Positions 11,350-23,969 of a DNA stretch of 64,000 bases are shown in pieces. A program made the position numbers and the translations under genes. Positions within the stretch are counted from its first letter, which is position 1; each line of letters begins with the position of its first letter. Source of the stretch: Guillardia theta CCMP2712 (Eukaryota; Protista; Cryptophyta); contig NW_005434642.1 of the NCBI RefSeq assembly GCF_000315625.1, positions 387,399-451,398 on the forward strand, given 5' to 3'. The notes beneath the pieces were generated by a model. The model made no database searches, was not told the origin of the DNA, and saw nothing but the letters and a program-made list of their open reading frames with translations.

Positions 11350-12170
11350 TTACCGGGGTGGCACCTGGTATGTACGCAGATAACGCGGAAGACTGCAACC
11401 TTCATTACCACCGTACCCCTGCTTTCCCTATGAAGTACCCCTCTTTCCGTGGGCAAGTTGTCAACTTCTGTAGGGTGACGCCGTGTGACATTTGGCACCA
11501 CCCTAGGTACCCTTCATGCTCAAGGTGACTTCTCAGTACCTCTCAGTACCCCCTGTACCTCCTGATTGTACCCCCTTTACCCCCTCGTTGTACTGCAACA
11601 GTACCCCATGGTTGACCACCGCAATTTCCGGTCCCGGCATTTTCCGTGGAGCGAGTCCAAGAGGACCCCTACCTCCAATACCCCAGTAATTTACTACACC
11701 CCCAGAAAAGTTTTCGACCACCCCTCCATATGATCGTAGTAAGTACTGCCATCCACCCCTCCTACCTCGATTCAAACTCTGCCACCCACCTCAGCCATAA
11801 TGTAACTGATCGAAATTAACCATAATGACTACGCTAAAGCTCAAAGTACCCTACCACCAATCGACTTCTAGACACCCACCCCTATTTTTGAGCTCGGAGC
11901 CACCCACCCACCCAGCCTTGACATCTTTATAATGCACCGCCCTTCCCCGAATATGCTGACCCTGGTTCCTTACTCCCTACCCCCTTATTACAGATGAAAA
12001 TGGTTTGCAAACGGGGGTACTTGGAAACATATTGAATGTTTTTTTTTTGGGGGGGGGGTACCCCTACCCTCAATGTAATAAAGCTCGACATACCTACCAC
12101 AGACTTTGTCCACTTTTATGCTTCTCAAGACTCTTTAGAAGGGGTAGGGTAGTACTACCCACCCTCTAAT
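11350..12170 (+). promoter_or_regulatory. TACCC/CCACCC word block upstream of the Zn2Cys6 gene
   Basis: Same vocabulary; palindromes GGGGTACCCC (12055-12064) and GGGTAGTACTACCC (12147-12160). Confidence 0.55.
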
Positions 12171-12187
12171 CAGGTTCACTTCGGACC

Positions 12188-13106
12188 ATGTATCCCAGAG
12201 CTCGGGAAATCAGCCAGATGCCTGAAGACAACATGATGAGCGCAGCGACAAGCTTGCGATGCAGGGACAGAAGTGAGGAGCCCACAGCATGTAGAGCGAG
12301 AGAAGATGTGAGAAAAAAGAAAGAGATAAATGGAAGGACAAGTTGCGCTGAAACAAACTTGGAGGATGGAAAAAACAGCAGTAAATGTTCGTTGAGATCA
12401 AAAAATTGTTGGAAGTAGGGAGAGGAGGTCGGAGGCACGATATAGTTCAACCATGCAGTAGAATATGAGAAGTTAAGATATTGCATATCCAAGTTAGGAA
12501 CAACACACCTTCATGTGGGAAATGCACGAGTTGACCTGAAAAATGTATCAAGATAGTGTTGCTTTCATGCTTTGACAGAAAATGCAGATCCCAAGGCTTC
12601 GAGAACGACCTGGTTTTCTCGAGATCATGCAAGCCGATCAAATTTTGCCTCTCCCTTCGTTCCAAGAAGTGATGAGCATGCTCAAGACGTCTGAATTGAT
12701 ACCAGATACAATCTCCACCTTCATCAAGCCGACTGAGATTCGACTGAGTACCATTGCGCATGTGTGCCAACACCGAGACAAGCAGGAGCACGCCAGCTCC
12801 CATCGTCTCCTGAACCAATCGAACCCCGTCCTCTCCAGGCCCTCTGCCATCTACCCTGCAGCGAGCGGCGCGATCAGAGTAGTGGACTCGTTGGACTCGT
12901 CGAAGCCGTCGTACTATCGGGAGCAGAATATGAAGGTGTCTGTGGTGGGCATCGGGAGCTATCAGAGTATCATGAAAGCGAATGCGATCAAATCGAAATC
13001 CAAGAATAAGAGGGGACCGTATAGCTGCGCTGTCTCCTGTCCAGACTGTAGGAGAAAGAAGAGAGTTTGTGGGCAAGGAAAGCTGGTGAGAATGCTTGTT
13101 ATGATA

Positions 13107-13140
<34 letters not shown>

Positions 13141-13353
13141 TAGTCTTCGTTTCCTGACACCTTTGCTTTCAGGGGTGTACGGGCAAGCAAGTTTTCAACC
13201 AGGTGACTGATCTAACGTCGCTCATTGAGTCAGATGTAACCTTGTGACCAGGCGTGCTTGTCATGCAAGCGGTTGAAAATCAAGTGCAACGGCCAGCACC
13301 CTCACTGCGCCAAGTTACACCAATTGCAAGAGGTTAAGATTGAAACAAAGTGA
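12188..13353 (+). CDS. Putative transcription factor with a C-terminal Zn(II)2Cys6 (GAL4-type) binuclear cluster
   Basis: Removing introns at about 13065-13172 and 13203-13251 yields CPDCRRKKRGCTGKQVFNQACLSCKRLKIKC (C-x2-C-x6-C-x9-C-x2-C-x6-C), with the stop TGA at 13351-13353. The 5' exons are uncertain. Confidence 0.78.
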
Positions 13354-13497
13354 CAAAACCTCGCCTCTGTGAAATATTTGTTACAAAATCATTAGGATAC
13401 TAGAGTATACGCAAAGAAAACCACCTAACATCCTAATCATCATCACACTTATATACATCCAAATCTCTTAATCTTGCTTCACTGTCTGCTCTCCGCC

Positions 13498-16400
13498 CTA
13501 GTTGGGCTCAGTCCCTTCTTTCCCTTCCAGCGCTTTCTCCTCCTGATTGATCTTCTCTTTCCCTTCCTCCTCTTTCCCTTCCTCCCTCCCTTCCTTGACC
13601 TCCTCCTGAGAAGCTTTTCCCTGCTCGCCAGCCGCTTCCTCCTGTACAGCTGCTAGTACCTCTTCTGCCTGCCCTTCTTTCGCTTCATCATCCATTGCTT
13701 GCTCTTCCTCCTCCATAACCGGCTCGAGTTGTGACACGGAAGGGTCCACGAGCTCGTCCCCCTCGCTGGCAGCATCGAGATCCTTCTCGCTCGACGTTTC
13801 CTCCGCCCCCTGAAGGATCAGGTCATGATTTCTTCACAGCCGAAGTGAAGGCATGTACGAGAAGGGGAAGAGGAGGAAGAGGAAGAAGGAACGATTCCTA
13901 AACAGGGAGGAGGTCGAGGGAGGAGCAAGCAGATCAGAGGACAGTTACCTTCTTCCCTCCTTCGTCCATGACAATCTCGCTCAACGACTCCACGATCTTG
14001 TCCACTTCTTCGATCCTTGTCTTGATGCTTCTGACCTCCTCCGTGCTGCTCTGCATGCTCCTCCTCAGCTCCTCGAATGGCTCCACTGCCTTGGTCAAGA
14101 CGTCCACCGACGCCTGCAGGGCCTGAACACGGAGCGACAGCTCTTGCCGCATGCCCTCCTGCCCGTGGAGCATTTCAACTGCCATCAGCAAGTCGTCCAC
14201 CTTCCCCCTCACGGCCTCGTCCTCGCTCCTCTGCCCTGCTCTCTTCACCTCCTCCGCCATCTGCGCCAACTTCCCCCCAAGCTCCCCCATCTTCTCCTGG
14301 GCCGTGACCGTAGCGCTGCTTGTAGTCTGCAAGTTTGCAAGCGCGAGCTCGATGCGGTCTGAAAGGACATCCACCCTCCTGTCCACGTCCTCCCGGAGGT
14401 TCTGAGCTTGCACCTCATGATCCGACAGGTTCACCTCCACCTCTCGCAAGTCCTGCGACAGAGGAAGCAGCTTCAGCGTCACCGTCTCCTGCATCTCCTC
14501 CTTGATCAGCGGGGGAATTCTCCTCTCCAGCAACTCCCTCCCCAGCTCTTCCACGGAGGCGGCGGCAACGGCCTTAGCGTCCTCGATGGCAAAGCGGAGC
14601 AAGGCTTCCTGCTCCTTGACGACGAGCGAGGACACCATACCCTCCATCACGTGCCTGCACTCCTCCTCCCGAGCCAGCGCTTCTAGCTCCGTCCTAGTCA
14701 CCTCCAGCACCTTACGGATCTGCTTCATGTCCTCCTCCACCTCTCGGAGCCCTTCCTCCTGCGAGGTTCTCAAGCTCCCTTCCACTTCCCCGATCATCTC
14801 CTTCACCTTCGCCACCTCCTCCTCCACCTGCCCCACCTGCTCGCCCACCTTCTTCACGCTCTCCTCTATCTCCACCCGTTGTGCTGCCATATCCTCCCTG
14901 GCCTGCTCAAACACCGCTGCCGCAGCCTCCTTCCCCTCCTCCATCCTTCTCTGCTGCTTCTCTAGCTCGACCTTGATGTCGTTCACCAGCTCCAGATGCA
15001 GAGCATGCTGCCGCTGAAACTCAGACACCAGCTCGACGTTCTGCTCATCCAGTCTGATCGCAAGCATGTCGATCCTGTACTTGACTCCCTCCTCTCCATT
15101 CACCTCCTCCTCCAGGCTCTGCACCCTGCTGGCGATCGCCTGGAGCCTCCTCCGCTCCTCCTCCTCGCTCCTGTCCACCTCCGCTCGCAAGTTTGAGTTC
15201 ATCTCCTCCTGCAACGCCTGGATCGTCTGCAGGAAAGGAAGAGCGTCAGCGGCTCGTTGGCAGAGGAAGCTTCCTGTACCTTGCGAACATCCGACAGCTG
15301 CTGCTGGTTCAGATTCCTCTCCTCCTCCATCTGCCTGTGCAGCACTGTCGTGTCGCCGCGCAGCTCCGTCAGAGCATGATCCACCCTGCTCCCCACCCTG
15401 CTCGCCGCGTCCTCGATCTCCATCCTGTACTTCTGCAGGCTCTCGTCCTGGCGACTCTGATGCACTTGAAGCTCCTGGAGGAAGGAGTCAGAAAGAGGAG
15501 GAGACAAAGGAAAGTATAGAGAACGAATCATCGTGAGCAGTAAAGGAAGTAGGAAGGAAAATGTAGAGGACTGGGGGAGACAGGGGAGGAGGAGGAGAAG
15601 AGAAAAGGAGGGTTTCCTCCTTTGCCTACCTCCAACTTCTTGAGGAGGAAGTCACGAGTTTTGCTCAACTTGGCGTTCAGATCTCCAACGACTCCTCCTG
15701 ATTCCGATCCTCCTCCTCCTCCTCCTCCTCCTCCTCCCCCCGCCTCGAATCTTTCGCGCTCTCCATATCCTCGGCTCTCCTTCTCGACCTGCTCGAGCCC
15801 TCGGGACCCGCTCGACGATGCGAACACTGCAGGGGCAGCATGAGCAGCAGAAGGAGAACAGCAGGTGAAGAGAAAGGGAAGGAGGGAGAACAAGAGGGAG
15901 AAGGAAAGGAAGGCGAGGAGGAGGCGGGAGAAGAATGAGGACAGGAGGGGAGAAGAGGAAAGGTTGAAGAGAGAGGGAAAGCAGAGAAGTCAAGGATAGG
16001 GGGAGGAAGGGAAGCTGCGGAGGAAGGAGCAAAGAAGACGGGAGGGAGGAAGGGACTGACAGTCTCGCTCAAGCTTCGCCATCTTCCTCTCCACCTCCTG
16101 GCATCGCTGCGACACGGTGCTGCTCCACACGTCTGCCGCCGCCCTCCCCTCGTGAACGCTCTCCTCAAGCTGATCGATTCTCCTCCCGCTCCTCTCCGAC
16201 GCCCTCGCCAGCTCCTCCTTCACACGCTCCAGGCTCATGTTGACCCTCCGCTCCCCTTCCTCCGCCGCCTCCTCCACGCTCTTGATCCTGCTCTCCACCT
16301 GCCTGCTGCTGCCTCTGCTCTCCGTCCTCGCCGCCTTGAGGTCATGGTCCAGCTGGGAGATCCTGTCGCTCTGCAGCTCGAGCTCCCTCCTCAAGCTACT

Positions 16401-18127
16401 CGCCAGCGACCCCACGGCCTCTTGCATGCTCGCCTGCCGAGAGTCAGAGCGAGGAGAGGGAGGGGAGGAAGAGGTGAAGGCGGAGAACAAGGAAGGAAGA
16501 GACGAAGGGAATGAGCAACGGGTGGCAGGTAGGAAGAAGGAGACGAGAGGAGGGAAAGGTCAGTAGCGTACACCGTGCTGTAAAGCCNNNNNNNNNNNNN
16601 NNNNNNNNNNNNNNNNNNNNNNNNNNNNNNNNNNNNNNNNNNNNNNNNNNNNNNNNNNNNNNNNNNNNNNNNNNNNNNNNNNNNNNNTGATCATATCCCT
16701 TGTCGTCCTCTCTATGATCCCCTCCAGCTCGCTCGTCTCTTTCTCAATCCTCTGCTCCATCCTCCCCATCTCCTCGTGCAGCTCCCGCGTGTCGCTCTCG
16801 CAAAGGTCCACGCAAGCGTCAAGCGCTCGCTGCAGCCGTGTCGATCCTCCCCCCAACCTCCCTCCACCTCTCTTGCTCCGCTCCTCTCCTACCCTCCAGC
16901 TCCGACTGCACTCTCCTCACCAGCTCGTCCCTCCCGTTCTCCAGCGCCTTCACCCTGTTGTCCATCACCTCCAGCAAGTCCCTCCCTTCCTGCATGCCGG
17001 ACATAGCTCCCCTCCTCACCATCATCCTCAGTTCGTCCACCTCCTCCTCCACAGCCACCATCCTCCTCGACGCCTCCTGCTCCGCCTCCTCCCGCTGCTT
17101 CACCTCCTGCGTGAGGTCAGCGAGGATGCTCTTGATGCTCTTCGAGTGCGAGTTGCTCTTAGCCTGCAGCAGCTTCAAGCTCGCTGCTGTCGCCGTCTCC
17201 TCCCCGCCCTCCTCCCTCCTCCCCTCCTTCCCTGCCTCTGCCTCCAGAAACGCGAGCCTCTGCCCCAGCTCCTCCTGCCCCTTCATCCTCCCTCGAATTT
17301 CCGCGCGGACCACCTCCTCCAGGTAGGAGCTGGACTTTGCCCAGCCCTCTGTCGCCTCCTCCGACAGCCGCCGCAGCTCTAGCCTCACCTGCTTCATCGT
17401 CCTACTATTGTGCTCCTCCTGCTCCCCGGCTGTAACCTCCAGCCTCCTGACCGCTTCCTCCGTCCTCGCGCTCATCTCCTCCAGTCGCTGCATCGTCGTT
17501 CGCTCGCTCTGCTCCACCGTTCGGATCAGCTCGTTCATCCTCGAGTGCAAGTCTGTCAGCCTGGCCTCTGTCTCTTTCCTCACTAGCTGCTGCTGCTGCT
17601 CCCGTGCGTTCCCTTCCGCCTGATCAACGCAAATCAGCCTCAGGAGAGTGTGACAAGGAGAGGAGGGAAGGTGAGGAGAGGAGAGAGGCGAGGGCGTTAG
17701 GACAGGGTTGAAGGGAGAAGGACGAAGTGGAAGGCGAGGAGGAGGACCTGGTTCTTGACAAGCAGCGATGAGTCCCTCTCCTCCATCTCCTGCTGGACGC
17801 TGTTGAGGTCGAGCTGGAGGGCATGCAGCGTCTGCCTCATCCTCTCCTGCAGGGTGTGATGGTTGCTCGCAAGCATCTCCCTGACCGCCTCCTCCGTCCC
17901 CTTGTTCGCCTCCTCCCCCGCGCTCCTCATCACACGGATGGCCTGCTCTAGCTCCAGCAGCTTCACCTCCATCTCCCTCCTGTGCGTCACGTGGTACTGG
18001 ACCTGAGACGCTCCCTGCCCAGACATCATGAGGGGAACCACCTACGTCATGCCCCCCTCCACATCTTGATCATCGTCTCCATCAGTGTATCATGACTCAA
18101 ATTCTCCTCCTCCAAACCCCTCTCACC

Positions 18128-18196
<69 letters not shown>

Positions 18197-19013
18197 TTTT
18201 TCCCTCGACCTCCTCCTCCGGCTTCATCTTCATCGAAACCACCTCCTTCACCATCATTCGCACAGTCTCAAATATTATCCCACCACCTCCGACACCATCA
18301 CCATCACACAACTCAGTCTCCATCTTACATGCTGGAGAATCGATGCCTCTGCTGTCTCCACCGCATGCAGTCGCTTCTCCATCGCGTTCATCAGCAAATT
18401 CTGCTGCTCCAACGTGTCTCTCATCATCTCCGCCTGTCGCCTCTCCTGCTCTGCCGCCAGCTGAAGCTCGTTCATCTGCCGTCCTGCAGTCATGCTCCCA
18501 CCCCTCCACCCCTCCTCCAGTACCGCTCCACCCCTCATATCCTTCCAACCCCCACCTCCCTCCTCTTGGCACTTCCCTCTTCTTCCCCTGATCCTTATCC
18601 TTTTGCACGCTCTCTCCCCGCGCTCCTCCTCCCTCCCCTCCCTCCCTCTCCTCCCTCCTCCCCTCCCTCCCCCTCCCTCCCTCCCCTCCCTCCCTCCCCT
18701 CCCTCTCCTCACCTTCCGCAGGGCCGACGCTGCTCTCTCCGAATCGATCGATGCCACTTGCTCCAGGTGAGAATGAAGCTTGTGCGCGATGTCCCGCTCA
18801 AGCTGCAGAAGCTTCTCATGAGGAGCAAGCATCTTGCTGTCCGCCCTCAACGACGCATTCTCGATCTCCAGAGCCTATTGAATCATCACCGTCATCTAGA
18901 TTATCATCGCCGCCGCATACAACAACACAGCTACACTCCTCCTCCTCCTCCTCCTCCTCCTCCTCCTCCTCCTCCTCCTCAACTAATGATTATCCCTGTA
19001 GTTATATAGCGAA

Positions 19014-19064
<51 letters not shown>

Positions 19065-19854
19065 TTACCATCATCCTCTCCCTCAGTTGTGAGTTATCCC
19101 TAGCTGCTGAGCTGTAACAGTACCATGTGAGCACAGAGGGAAAGGAGGCAGGAGGGGGAAACAAGGAGCAGGGATAGACGAAGGAGGAGGGGGAAGAGCA
19201 AGATAACCTGAGATCGTTTTCCATCGCTGAAACTTTTCCATAGAGTCCGAGCAGGAGCTCTTGCGCCTGACAGAATTTTATTCGTCCTTCCGCTAGGAAA
19301 CGCAACAAGGCATGAAGGAAAACATCCTACATTCTAACCAACGACAACAAACATCCACCACCGTCATTCCCTTACAAGATCACCATCACCATCACCATCA
19401 CCATCACCATCATCATGTTTGACCATGACTCTGTACATCACAACAAGTTCATCTTTCCATTCATCTTCATCTTGTTCACCTCCATCTCCAGAATGTTTTG
19501 CACTTGTGCCCTCTGCCCGTGCTGCTCCTCTCCGCGCATGGGGGGGGTTGGAATTTCTCGCCTTTCCTTGCTCTCGCGCTGCCGTGATCGCGGCCTTGCT
19601 TCCGCTCTCTTGTTCCTTTCTTGGGGGGGAGCAGCAGGAGCTGACTTCTGGATCTCGGGTAGAACGAATTCTTCAGCGGCATTTCTTTTCCTTGCATTTG
19701 GTTCAGAGGGGTTGCTAATGAACGCTGCTTCGTTCGATCGCCTCTGTCGGTCAGCTTCCATCTGCATCAGGAGCTCTCTGCCATACTCTCTCTTCGATCG
19801 CCGAGCATGCATGGCCTGATCAGGGTTCTCCCCAGCCAAGACGTTACTAGCCAT
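13498..19854 (-). CDS. Very long Glu/Arg-rich coiled-coil protein, multi-exon, spans an assembly gap
   Basis: A chain of minus-strand heptad-rich exons (13934-15214, 15990-16490, 16819-17583, 17697-18041, 19438-19854) separated by pyrimidine-rich or microsatellite introns; acidic C-terminal tail. Confidence 0.7.
16588..16687. other. Assembly gap (100 N)
   Basis: Run of 100 N. Confidence 1.
18128..19415. repeat. Intronic microsatellite cluster: (CTCCTG)n, (CCT)n, (ATC)n, (CACCAT)n
   Basis: Visible at about 18128-18195, 18936-18980, 19014-19065 and 19378-19415. Confidence 0.95.
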
Positions 19855-20074
19855 GACTGCAACGAACTCCCTGCAACTTGCTTGCTAACGAGCCCGAGGG
19901 AAGGAGCGTCAAGGAACAGCAGTGGGAGGTCTGATCAGAAAGACAGGTATGATACTGCAAGGTCAGTCTGCTTCCCTTCTCCTCGTCTCCTCTCGCCCTC
20001 ACTACCCCGCACCTTCGCCATCAACCCAAGAGCGAATAAGCAGCCGTTGAATCTCATCACCCTCATACCGCTCA

Positions 20075-20420
20075 AATGAACTTCGGACCCTGCTTCGGAC
20101 CCAGTTCGGACTCCCCGGACCCGGCTTCCGAAGTTCGGACCGGGAAGGCCGCCGGCCCCCGGCGCCGGGCGGCCGCCGGGCGGCCCGGGTTGCAGTTGCC
20201 ACTGAGTGACTTACCGTGGTTGATCCAGTCACCCGGCTTTACTCCGATCACACGAGTCAGGATCGGACTCATCAGCGCGCCGGGGCACCCGTGACGGCGC
20301 CGGGGGTGACTCTGAGACGGACGGTGGGCCTGCCAGTGACTCGCGGCCCGTGACCATCGGACAGTGAGGCCGCACCCGGCGGGCGGCCGGGCAGCTGAGG
20401 TACTGTGGGCCCGGTCAGGA
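20075..20420. other. CpG-rich palindromic word island
   Basis: Same vocabulary; TTCGGA cluster at 20078-20139. Confidence 0.6.
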
Positions 20421-20632
20421 ATTGAGGTGCTGAGAGTTTACTTAGGCTACAACTTAAGTCACAGTTACACAGGTCGCTAACTTAACAGTGCTCGCGATAA
20501 TTTACATCGATCTTATTGGTTGCCTTGCGAAAGGTTTTCAACCCATCGGGTTTGGCCACTGGCCCGAGCCCACCGTCAGTGTTCACGGTTGATTCACCAA
20601 CTTGCGGCCACCGCTGGTCCGACGGTCCCGAG

Positions 20633-22387
20633 TTATTGTCCTCTTGAAGAGTTCTTGATCTGCGGCATGTAACCCGAGGAGGCATACCTGACCAAGCTGC
20701 AGGCCGGGAGTCACAATATGATCGTAACATCAAAGTGGCATGAGCTCACCTGCCCTGCTTCGTATGGCTTCGTGGGAACAGCGCAGATTGTCGGATCTTT
20801 TTCTGGCCCGACATTTCTGATTCCGTCTCTTCTAGTTGGAAGTTGTGGGCAGGTGCCGAACTCCTGCGCAGCAGAACCCTGTACTTCATCAGTGGGTTCT
20901 CCTGTATTTGACGCGCTGATCGCTCAGCCGAGCCGTTGAATAGGGGCTGTAACGCGACCTTCTTGGCAGGCAGGTGTATCCGCTTTCCTTTCGATGGCAT
21001 GCGAGCAAATCCGGCATTATGGTCCTGATCCGCAAGAGCTTTTCTGTTCGCACTATCCACACTGTGAGTATCGAAGCCTTCTAATTCACTTTCGTCGAAA
21101 GACATCAAGGGAGCATTCAGACACTCCGCTGCACTCCAACGATTCTTGGGATCCGCTGATAACAGACCATTGAGGAACTTCGTCCACTGATCAGCAGAGG
21201 CAGAAATTTCTTTCCAAGAATGGTTCGACATGTCCTTTAACCTTTCGGACTGGAACTTGTTTGTGACGCAGCAACCCTTGACCTGGAGAAATCTGGTCAG
21301 GACACGGGGAAGGGGAGAGCAGTGCGATTTCACCATTGAATCAAGTCGGTAAGGATAGCTCGGCCACTGCTCAAAGTGGGTGCAACAGTTCATCTTCGAA
21401 AGGAAGTCCTTGTCTTGAGGAGTTCCAATCAGCTGGAAGATTCGCAGCAGCTGATCCCCGTTGTAGTTGAAATGAGAACTCTTTGGGCATTTGCAAACAT
21501 CTTCTATCTTGCCAGGAAAAGCACATCTGCCCAACAGCATTTCCAATACGACACACCCAATCGACCACAAATCAATCTTGGAACAGTACATGGAGGTACC
21601 CATGATTAGCTCAGGTGCGCGATACCACCTGTCCAATTCTCAGAACCAAACCATGAAATTGTGTACAACTAACAGGGTGGAAATTTCACGACGGACAGGA
21701 AGTTTGGGCTCTGTCAAGTATCGTGAAAGACCGAAGTCTCCTATCTTGATCGACATGTCAAAGAATACAAGGATGTTTGATGGTTTGAGATCTGTACCAA
21801 GCAAGTCATCATCAAGAAGGTACAAGGAATTTGTAATAGAATCACCTCTGTGCACAACTTTCTCATTGTGCAAGAAATCCAAGCCCTGCAAGATTCCCTT
21901 GGTCCACCGCTGAACTACTGAAAGCGGGAGGCCACAGCTCTGTCGTTTGATCATGACATGGAGGTCCACCATTGCCTCCTCCAAGATCAGAACCCTCTTG
22001 TCCGATGTGACACCAATCAAGCTGACGACATTCGGATGCGCTGGAAGAGACGACATGATCTCGATCTCGCGACGAAAAGACTCCAGCATATTCTCCGATG
22101 GCCGTTTGTCTTTGCTCTGTTTCATTCATGCAATGTCATTTCCATTGCCTGCAAAAACCTTACACTCACCACTTCGGGGTCGAGATCTTGATCTGGGTAT
22201 ACTACTTTAACGACTACATCTTGCTTGTTGTTGAGGATCGTTGCCTGCCATACACTTCCGTAGGCTCCTTTTCCGATCCTTTCAGCCACCTGAAGCATGT
22301 CTCAATATTGGGGACGTTTCGAGTTAGGGGATGTGCATTCACCTCCAGATCAGCCCGTTTGTAGACCTTGACGCGAGAGTTTGTCAT
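20633..22387 (-). CDS. CDK-like (CMGC) Ser/Thr protein kinase, multi-exon
   Basis: Spliced motifs IGKGAYGSV, VVVK, ESFRREI, HRDLKPSNIL, IGDFGLSR, STLWYRAPELIMG and DLWSIGC. Confidence 0.9.
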
Positions 22388-23099
22388 AGCTAAGACATGT
22401 AAGTGCTGATAGATACGATCGGGGGTTTTCCTCACCTCAAGAATTTTCAGCGGGCCCAAAAATGTGTAACAGCAACTTTTCCCATTCCTAGTCCAGAATC
22501 TATAACCAAACATCCATTAGAACGGATTTAATGTTCCGAAGGATAATTCATATGCCATGACACTACATAAAGCAAAGAACAAATCGGGACCTGGTATGGA
22601 AACACGGCACTTGCCGTGGTAGGTGTTCGTATGAACACAAACGTACCAATCAATCGTTCTGACCCGTATGAGATTGATCACAGAAGCAAATTCCAATCTC
22701 TGCGTTCTAAACAAGTGCACACTAGTGTGTCATTACAACGTGTTTCTTTCTACAATCAGCCTCCCCTGCGCACTTTCTCTCAATGCATCACGTGCTGGTC
22801 CTCAGAAAGCATGTCTGTCCCACCGCGCTTCTCGTCGCGATCAGGTCCATAGCTTTTTAATTATCTGTGTAGGGTGGTAATTACAATGATTTGATTGAAT
22901 AATGAACATCTCAATAAAAATATTCAATATTGAAGGAGAATATTTCAAATTAGTGGATTAGAACACCACCTTCACCGAATTTGCAACAGTTGGGAAAAAA
23001 AATCTGGCAGGGCCCATGGTACAAAAAAAATCATTAAAACAGTTTTATGATGGGATGATAAACCTCCAAACACGGAAATACATGATTTCAGAGTCCTCA

Positions 23100-23600
23100 C
23101 TCTGTGGGCTAGTGTAGTAAAACAAGCTTTAAATATCCTTTTAATATCACCCCACCCATGTCCTATTACCAGAAATGTACCGAGCTCATTTTCCGCGACC
23201 CTACCCCTCCTTGTAGGTATAATTCAACCCTAATTTACCAATAAGCACTGTTGTTGTACCCCTCCCAAAGAGTCAACAGGAGGCAGCGAGCGGTCCAACC
23301 ACCCGTCCTAAAAAAGTCGACAAATTTGGTTACCACCACGCAAATCATGCTGAAAAGGACGGGTGCTGTGATATCAACAAACATCAGCAATTCATGGACC
23401 CTACCCCCAAATGAAATATCTTCGAATACCCCTGTTGATACGGCAGAGTGCCCCGCAGCACCAGTAAGGGAACTACGGGGTGGTACTCCCGCCTATTGGA
23501 CCTATGACCTCGAAATTTCCTAAAATCCGCTTCTATAGCTGTTTCGGTACCCCACCCCTCCGTGGAAATGGAGGTGAAACTTTTGGGGGTATCTGTTAGT
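23100..23600 (+). promoter_or_regulatory. TACCC word block in a divergent intergenic region
   Basis: CCTACCCC, GTACCCC and CCCCACCCC words. Confidence 0.5.
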
Positions 23601-23969
23601 GAACATTCGAAATTCTGTGGAAAATTTGACTGTTTCGTAGCAACATTTCAAATCAAATTCCGAACGGCGGAGTCGGAACAAAGCCTGGTGATACCTAAAA
23701 CGTATTTTATCATAAAGTGTAGTAGAATGTAAGCAGCAGTACAGAAATGGCTGAGATAGCCTATAAGTTTTTAAAACCATATCTCAAAAATCCTTTTATA
23801 CGTTTTGCTATACATCCGATCCGACTTTGAGTAAAAGAATCCGACTTGAGTCGTCACTGAGTGGCGGTTATTCGGTCGTTTCTTCACTGACCAATGTGGT
23901 AACGGATCCTTGACCTCCCCATTAAGCGCGTAACTGAAATCTATTTCCGGCAGAGCCGGGACACGCGTA

